DNA from: Saprolegnia diclina VS20
Lineage: Eukaryota
DNA: 64,000 nt
Direction: 5' to 3'
Assembly (NCBI RefSeq): GCF_000281045.1
Contig: NW_008246144.1
Location: forward strand, 74,700 to 138,699
How positions within the stretch are numbered: position 1 is the first letter of the stretch; every line of letters begins with the position of its first letter. Position numbers and translations under genes: made by a program. The notes beneath the pieces are model-generated. The model was not told the DNA's origin. It did no database searches and worked only from the letters and a program-made list of their open reading frames with translations. Below, in pieces: positions 58,201-64,000 of this stretch.

Positions 58201-60590
58201 GAAGCGCCAACACAGTGTCGTGGTACCCCACGGTCGCGCGCCGGTACCTCTTCAACACCTCGGCGCCGCTCCTGGAGCTTATTCAAGGCCTCCGCTCCAT
58301 GGACCCGTGTCAACTCCCATGGATGTTTACGCAATACTGCTACCTCGACTTGGATCGGGTATGGGAGATGGCGAGTACGTCTCGGCGGCAAGAACGGTGC
58401 CAAGCATGGACCAGCAACGGCGCCGTGTTTCTCGAGTCGAGTCTGCGCAATCTCCGGGACTGGAGTGCGTGGGATGCCTGCTGGGGGGACTCATTTGCGA
58501 TTGGCTTTGGTCAGTACCTCACGACATCGTCTGCCGGGCGAGCATGGCTGCAAACTGTGCGAGCCAACGCGCTGTCGTCATCGGACGAAGCGGCCTACTG
58601 GCAGCGCCATGGCATTTCGTATTTTCTGCTCCAGTGGCAAAACTTCAAGGACACGGGACTGATGGACGACATGGTCATCATGAATGCGTTTGGCGTCGCG
58701 TACCATTTACCGCTCAGCCAGCGCCGGGGCGTCCTCCATCTCGACCACCAGACGTCGCACCGCATGTACTGGTCGCTCGCCAGCGACCTCTGGGCGCTCA
58801 GCGCAAATCACACGCTTATCACCGGCACGTCGTTGCTCCGTAGTGCACCCAACTACGCGTTCACCAACACTTCGAGCGCGTCTCTCTTGTTTCAGAACCT
58901 CACGCTGCACGCTCCCCTACGCAGCGGCCTTGCGCTCCTTGAAGCGACGCTCGGCCCCTTTGGCGCCGTCGACATGATCTATGTGAGCGTCCCGAGCTCG
59001 CTCTTGGCGTTGTTTGACCGGGTGAATCGCGCGATCGCAAACGTCGCGCTGACGACACCGGCGGCGCAGACAATGCTGCAGTCGCTGCCGATCAAGCAGT
59101 ACATTGGGCACGTACCCAAGGCGCTTTTGCAGAGCGTCGACGTCAGCATTGTCGGCGGCAACCTCTTTTGCGGCAACGACATTCCGGCGTCACCGCCCAG
59201 CGGCGCCTTGTACGCGCTCTTTGGGATGGACTACCTCTGCTCGTGGTGGTACCACGAGTACATGACGCCGTCGACGTCCGGTCTCTTGCTGGCGCTGCTC
59301 GGGTTTGACGGCGCCAATGGTTTAACGTCCAGCGATTTGGACGCGTTTTGCGCCAACGACGTGTACGTCGAAGACAATTGTGTTGCGATCTACGCAGCGT
59401 CATATATGTTTATCAAACAATATCTTCAGTCGAAGGAGCTCACGACACTTGCGACCGTAGCCGAGGCCGAGGCTCGCGCGCTGCAGATTCACACCGTCCA
59501 GTACCTCTCGCACCCCAACGATTCGGTGAGTTTGTACAAAATCAACATTCTCGACGCGACCGAGCGCAGCTGGATCTTTTTTGGATGGTGCTACCTCGCC
59601 GAGTGGGTCGTCGGGCAGCGCGAGGTCGTGGCATTTCATGGTGACAGCAGCATTCTCACGGCGATCTCGAGCCACACCAACCCGCTCTCGCTCGCGCTCA
59701 CGCCGGACGACATTCCGACACGCCTCTCGTACGTCTGTCAGCAGTGCGTCCGGTACATTGCGGGCGTCTTCATCGGCGTTGCTGGCGTCCTGGCGCTGTA
59801 TGCGTCAGTGGTGTGCCGCGGGTGCTTTGAGGGTATGAACCTCTTTGCACTCAACCGGATCGTCGGCGACGTTTACATTGGCCGCACGCTCCTCATTGTC
59901 CGCGGCATCACGGCCGTTTGGCTCCTCAACACGCAGCCGCTCGTGCTCGCGGCCGTCGGCGTTGGCGCCCGCTTGACCGCGCCGCGCATCTCGCTGTTCA
60001 CGACATTGCTTGCGTCGTCCGAGCTCACGTGGCTAGTCTACATTGTCAACGACCTCTTCAGCTGCGTCACGCGGCAGCACACCACCCACTACTCGTGGAA
60101 GAGCTCGATCTCGGTGTGGGCGCTTGCGACCCTCTGGACGCTGCTCTCGCCGCAAGGCTACAGCGCATCGCTCGCGCGGAGCTGCGCTTATGTGGACATG
60201 GACTTGGAGCTACACTGCGTGAGCGGCTACATCCGCATCGGCGACGCCGGGCGACTGTTTGGCGACGTGGGTCTCGTGCTCGCATGCGTCTTGAGCTGCG
60301 CGCTTGTCGAGCGATGGATGCAGCCGTCGCTCGTGCGGCCGCCTATCCCGACGCTGCTCCTGAGCGCGTCGAGCTTTTACATGCTGGAACTTGACCTCTG
60401 GACCATCGACGGCAAGACGTACTTGGATCGCATGTCGGCGGCGATGGCCGGGATGCTCACGCTGCAATGGCGCGAAGACTACGTCTATGTGTTTGATGTC
60501 AAGAGCTGGCGCCTCTTCTCGTACGAGCCCGAGCGGCATCGGTTGGGCGACCGGTTCCGTCAAGCGATCCCGCTGCACCGTCTCGGGTAG
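55296..60590 (+). CDS. 1764-aa intronless two-module multi-pass membrane protein, paralogue of 19980-25265
   Basis: Same duplicated motifs: YCWADL..WEMA..RQARC..NGAVHLETVLRN, GPxGxxD, GWxYLxxW...REV, FDVKLW/FDVKSW. Confidence 0.9.
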   Translation: MPSGRVAAAPPIEPFGPSSTQPAAALLSIPSVRRSLEVLGMLYVVGSMALSVYVLGVFATYLSTDYVWPDLSASGPIVVALFNNELALRGNGPLDLLSTSYVSGLRGTSPAYPRLIMYSTLTSLTDGVKGLRRLRTRQVVKMVTPYCWADLAKRWEMAYTLKRQARCAMYDGTNGAVHLETVLRNINFAAWLENTQGKFASAIGNPIAASSADGAHWLAALKTHTWSSVDAEVALWSQANLTHFTLQYGTGFGIGITETILVENALGQQLPMTIKAILATNRWTFRTTGILYNLLYDDLYAIGTNQSLVRGTANYFANIDKDQIERYIQGLPLGPVEQALHDSIGPLGIIDVKWVPPPQSLLLAVDSFEKTVYATHANSLPILSSSRRTMLPTPPHFADPTLRFYSGNPMCTFGVPLPFVQQTFGFDDVCGSQTPLTVEWHLIPALFSLWLHDGVASTSDVCAVLPPSEWGVCATLLADVKQAYTALAWPAPPVSVRDDVAALRVGLLQILERNGTIQVDEALLLAPNFSVLGWMYLLDWALNAREVISVQGDVGTFTIVSYLYTPIVDAALPPLAGLGPYLSTLAALPTVTLLALVVVLLIVRLGQHTRGTSADWVAFYPVGASIWVSRNVLVVRSVAAILCLSTVPLQATTQDGLARVALSPRPLWLSGILAGESIWLIYAAQYVCLPLYRDATALPFAAGIAWAIVLALDHTAPLTPSALLSRSCYAVNMDYMTYCASGLVRIGSGVRCFTIVCIHASSVLATLLLAARQNQAPRRPYSATNGLVPLPALLFLHEIDDASHHELRPVAAILCGIFPFTFRGNAYVFDVKLWLLLHHDDFGCITASGGIATVLPFHAPSPAMKMQKSDLLMPKVLPFWTRLVAKQVVQQVLRLLGLVYLGGTLWSNVAYLDVLQRAMANDFGWAGFNTTGAHLFLANTLNRQLLSTSSAALTLEDAALGDPFQGYDGSANTVSWYPTVARRYLFNTSAPLLELIQGLRSMDPCQLPWMFTQYCYLDLDRVWEMASTSRRQERCQAWTSNGAVFLESSLRNLRDWSAWDACWGDSFAIGFGQYLTTSSAGRAWLQTVRANALSSSDEAAYWQRHGISYFLLQWQNFKDTGLMDDMVIMNAFGVAYHLPLSQRRGVLHLDHQTSHRMYWSLASDLWALSANHTLITGTSLLRSAPNYAFTNTSSASLLFQNLTLHAPLRSGLALLEATLGPFGAVDMIYVSVPSSLLALFDRVNRAIANVALTTPAAQTMLQSLPIKQYIGHVPKALLQSVDVSIVGGNLFCGNDIPASPPSGALYALFGMDYLCSWWYHEYMTPSTSGLLLALLGFDGANGLTSSDLDAFCANDVYVEDNCVAIYAASYMFIKQYLQSKELTTLATVAEAEARALQIHTVQYLSHPNDSVSLYKINILDATERSWIFFGWCYLAEWVVGQREVVAFHGDSSILTAISSHTNPLSLALTPDDIPTRLSYVCQQCVRYIAGVFIGVAGVLALYASVVCRGCFEGMNLFALNRIVGDVYIGRTLLIVRGITAVWLLNTQPLVLAAVGVGARLTAPRISLFTTLLASSELTWLVYIVNDLFSCVTRQHTTHYSWKSSISVWALATLWTLLSPQGYSASLARSCAYVDMDLELHCVSGYIRIGDAGRLFGDVGLVLACVLSCALVERWMQPSLVRPPIPTLLLSASSFYMLELDLWTIDGKTYLDRMSAAMAGMLTLQWREDYVYVFDVKSWRLFSYEPERHRLGDRFRQAIPLHRLG

Positions 60591-61444
60591 CTCTCTCGTG
60601 GATGCGAAGATGTTCCAACTCCAATAGCACCAAGTAATAGATTTGCCTCGTTTGGACAGCGTTTGGTCGTCGGTCCAAAAAGGAAGGACTATGGAGTGCA
60701 AAGGCGGGGTCGAGGGGTGTAGCCAGTGGGTGTAGCTCGCTGTGGACGGGCCACATAGGATGGGTATACATGGGTGCACGTCGTTCGGCAAAGAGATGAA
60801 CGACGTTGTTGTTCGCTGCAGACAAGATTGTGCGCTATGCGCGTCGAACCGAACCGAAGGTTTTGCATGATGACGGACTGCGACAGCGCTGCCGACTGAC
60901 CGGCTGTTGTCAACGCCAGGACAAGGCACGCGCCGTATGCGTGATAGAGATGAATGACGCGATCGACGATCACGGACCAATGCAAGTCGCGTGCTCGTCA
61001 TCGTTGGCATTCGAAGCAGCGGCTGGCGCCAAATCTCATGCGGCAGCTGCATTCTCCAAGTGCTCGCGATTCGGCTCCTCGAGCGCCACAAGTTCTCTCT
61101 TGTTTAGCTCTTTTCGGTCGTCGACAGCCAAAATTCATGACTCGTGGTACTCTAGCGATCACAGTTCGTACATAGGTTTGGTTGAATGGAGGCCGCTGGG
61201 CGTGCCACGTGTGGCTCAGAAAGGACGCGTCCGGATAATGTTTTCAAAGCCGGATATCGACACTTCTCCCTTGGGTCAGCTCCTTGGGTCGCTTTTGTGT
61301 GCACGTAAAATGTGTTCGGGTTCGAAATGGCTGCTCGTTCTCTGCATCATCTTTGTGATGATTTCAAAATGGCCTGTCGATCTTGGCGGCAGCCATACCA
61401 AGCCAACAAAAACTGTGTGAAAGGACTATAGTATGGTAAATAAC

Positions 61445-63166
61445 TTAGACGACGTAGCTCGTCTCGGAATCGGAGCTCACGAGGAAGAAGGGCTCTTCGT
61501 AGCGGGTGCGCGGGACCTCGGGGGGTGCGATGCCTCCGACCGGCGTCGGTGTCGACCGCGCGATCGACGCGACGCTCTGCCGCACATTTTTCGACTTCTT
61601 GTACGGCCGCTGGATGATGATCTTGCCACAAATCGAGTACTGGTACCCGTGGTAGAACCGGTCCATATTGTCGGTGCGCACGAGCGCCATAAAGACAAAC
61701 CCCGCGAGCGAGAGGATCCACATGAGCCGGACTTGATCGACAAAGTCGCGCTTGAGACCCGAGAACACGAGGCCGACGATGACCATGCCGAGGGACCAGC
61801 TCATGAGAATGAGGCCGTACATCGTACCCATGTTGTAGACGCCATAGAGATCCGTGAGGAAGCAGCCAATGACCGCAAACCCGCCGCCCGAGCAGACCTT
61901 GACAATGAAAATGAGCGTTTTCAGCTGGCCAAAGTCGTCGAGCTCACTGTGCAGGAGCGGCAGCGCGATCGCCGGTACGAGCAGCAGCAGTAGCATCATG
62001 AGCTTCCGCGCGTACGCCGGGTTCAAGTACAGCGCACGCAATAGAACGTCCGAGAGGATCGGGCAAAAGAAGCGGCCGGCGAGACCAACCGCGTCCGCAT
62101 GCAGAATGAACGCGTTGGCTTCGTCGAGCGAAACGTTGTACCACGATGTCAAGAGACCGTCGAGGCTCGGCGTCGCAATCTCCACGTACAGCAGCGCCAT
62201 GGTCGTGTTGGCAGCAAACGCCAGCACGAGGCACACAAAGTCGGTCGAGAAGATGCACTGCACGAGCGTGAGACCCCGCACGTGCTCGTAGTAGGCGCGC
62301 TCGGTACCCGGCGCGGCGGCGTCGGCGCGCGGCTTGGTCACCGCCGTGTAGTTGACAAGCGTCATGCCAAAGTCGAGGTAGTCGCCTTGGATGCGCTCGG
62401 CGCTGAGCACCGCGTCGGACGGGATCCCGTGCATGTCGTGGCCGTTGACGCGGAAGGTCGCCGGTGGTGTCCGCATCGCAAGCACGCAGTAGCCGAGGAG
62501 CGGCGATAGGACCACCAGCGTCAGCAAAAACACATTCTTAGAGGCCACGCTGTCGTCCATGTGGTCGTCGGCGTATGCAGAGAGCTCGTTCCACGCGATT
62601 TGGCCGGCACCAAAGCCCGCCATGGACGCGCCCATGGCGAACCCGCGCGCATCTGGGTACCACTTTTGCACCGTCGAGATCGAGCTCACCATGAGGTAGC
62701 CGAAAGCGAGGCCGAGCGAGACGCTCCCGAGCACGAGCGGCGACCATGTCAGCGTCCAAAGGGCAAGTTGGACCAAGAGGAGGCCAAGGGCAACAAAGCC
62801 GGCGCCGAGGAGTGTGCTCCAGCGCGGGCCGTTGCGCTCGGAAGCTGGGCCGACGAACGCGGTCGTGAGCGCGACGCAGATGCCCGAGAGGATGCCAAGC
62901 GCCATGTTGCGGCCTTGGTCGTGGCCGCCAAAGGCATCGAAATCGAATGGCTTGGAGACGGTGCTGAGCGCAAAGAGCACGCCGCAGACAAACTGCGACG
63001 CGATCGCGGCGAGCAAGATAAAGTACCGGAAGAACGGTCGGCACTGGCACGACCCGTACCTCTCGCCCGGCAAAGGGCACACCAGCAGCCAGCGCTCGGC
63101 GTCGACTTCGGACGGCGCCTTGGGCGGGACCACGATGCGCCAGTAGTCACGGAACCAGCCGAACAT
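61445..63166 (-). CDS. MFS transporter, oxalate:formate antiporter (OFA)-like, intronless
   Basis: ERNGPRW, STVQKWYPDARGFAMGASMAGFGAG, GGGFAVIGCFLTDLYGVYNMGTMYGLILMSWS; likely start MFGWFRDYW. Confidence 0.88.
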   Translation of the reverse strand: MFGWFRDYWRIVVPPKAPSEVDAERWLLVCPLPGERYGSCQCRPFFRYFILLAAIASQFVCGVLFALSTVSKPFDFDAFGGHDQGRNMALGILSGICVALTTAFVGPASERNGPRWSTLLGAGFVALGLLLVQLALWTLTWSPLVLGSVSLGLAFGYLMVSSISTVQKWYPDARGFAMGASMAGFGAGQIAWNELSAYADDHMDDSVASKNVFLLTLVVLSPLLGYCVLAMRTPPATFRVNGHDMHGIPSDAVLSAERIQGDYLDFGMTLVNYTAVTKPRADAAAPGTERAYYEHVRGLTLVQCIFSTDFVCLVLAFAANTTMALLYVEIATPSLDGLLTSWYNVSLDEANAFILHADAVGLAGRFFCPILSDVLLRALYLNPAYARKLMMLLLLLVPAIALPLLHSELDDFGQLKTLIFIVKVCSGGGFAVIGCFLTDLYGVYNMGTMYGLILMSWSLGMVIVGLVFSGLKRDFVDQVRLMWILSLAGFVFMALVRTDNMDRFYHGYQYSICGKIIIQRPYKKSKNVRQSVASIARSTPTPVGGIAPPEVPRTRYEEPFFLVSSDSETSYVV

Positions 63167-64000
63167 ATTTGTTTTTTGGCGGCAAGTCCGAAAATGAGCC
63201 TCTCGACTCTCAAATGGATGCGTCGCCAAATACATCTGTTGACGCGCTGTCGCAGTCGCGCTGGCTTTGTCCCAACGTGTCGATCGACCCAGCAGCATCA
63301 CGGTACGACGCCAAGTGCCTCGGCGCATCAGAAGAATCGGACGAAGAAGCCATTTGTCAGCGCAACGAACAGCGTCGTCGGGTGCCTGGTCGGGGCTGCG
63401 ACTCGGAAGGTTATCCAGTGGATGACGCAGAAACCAAGCAGCGCCTTCGACCCGTAAACGCATCGCACGGGCAGGCCAATCCCACTTTTGAGAGCTGCAA
63501 GACGACCTTCACGTGGTGTAATTTGATGTGTATACGCGCGTGATTGCGCTTGTAGCAAGCCCTCGTCGTGCGGTAAACGAGGTTGAGCGATTGCGACGTT
63601 GCCCTTGCCGCCAGTATCCGGAAAGGACATGTCGCAGCCAATACGTGGCAAATCGGGACGCAGGACTGATGCACAACTTGTCGAGTAGAGTCAACACCGA
63701 GAGTGACCGATGCGATAGACCTACTAGTATGTAAACGACCGTGCGATCGATCGAGATGCAAGCGCAAGGCGTGGTGCAAAGCCTCCTTGTATGGCCATTC
63801 GCCTCACGAAAGCACCTTGGTACGTCAAAGTCGACATCGTCGTTGCGTCATCGTTGAGAACGCGGTAATGACATCACCCGAATGACCTGGCAGAAGCACT
63901 CGTATTAGTAGTTCTACCCACAAGCAATCGGTTGCGCTGTCGCAGTCTAAGCGGCCTCCGTTCGTCTCGACGGTTCGCTGTTGCGGCATCGCGCCGCGGC

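Noticed and set aside
60210..61420. Overlapping 200-290 aa ORFs between the giant membrane protein and the OFA-like MFS
   Set aside because: Non-ATG or overlapping frames with no motifs or coding-like composition.
3467..63166. Possible metal/xenobiotic detoxification cluster (NRAMP, NAT, two MATEs, two MFS)
   Set aside because: The genes are spread over 60 kb among housekeeping genes, with no shared regulatory evidence; such transporters are common in oomycete genomes.

Overview
Gene-dense eukaryotic scaffold with short (~45-55 nt) GT-AG introns, oomycete Inr/FPR core promoters and three 100-N gaps. Gene families point to an oomycete of the Saprolegniales, probably Saprolegnia (inference). 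About 20 genes are supported: two LRR-like receptor kinases (one looks like a pseudokinase), an NRAMP with altered metal-binding motifs, mitochondrial EF-G2, arylamine N-acetyltransferase, a candidate divergent TFIIA alpha/beta-like protein, two ankyrin-repeat proteins, two paralogous ~1760-aa intronless two-module membrane proteins of unknown function, a two-repeat cyclic-nucleotide-gated K+ channel, tandem MATEs, DNA polymerase kappa, RPAP1, a small 4F5-like zinc-finger protein and two MFS transporters. Non-coding structure includes a ~465-bp foldback element, a ~1.3-kb TIR element with subterminal repeats, a degenerate ~462-bp tandem array and a probable assembly chimera. All calls come from reading the sequence and recalled family motifs; no database search was run.
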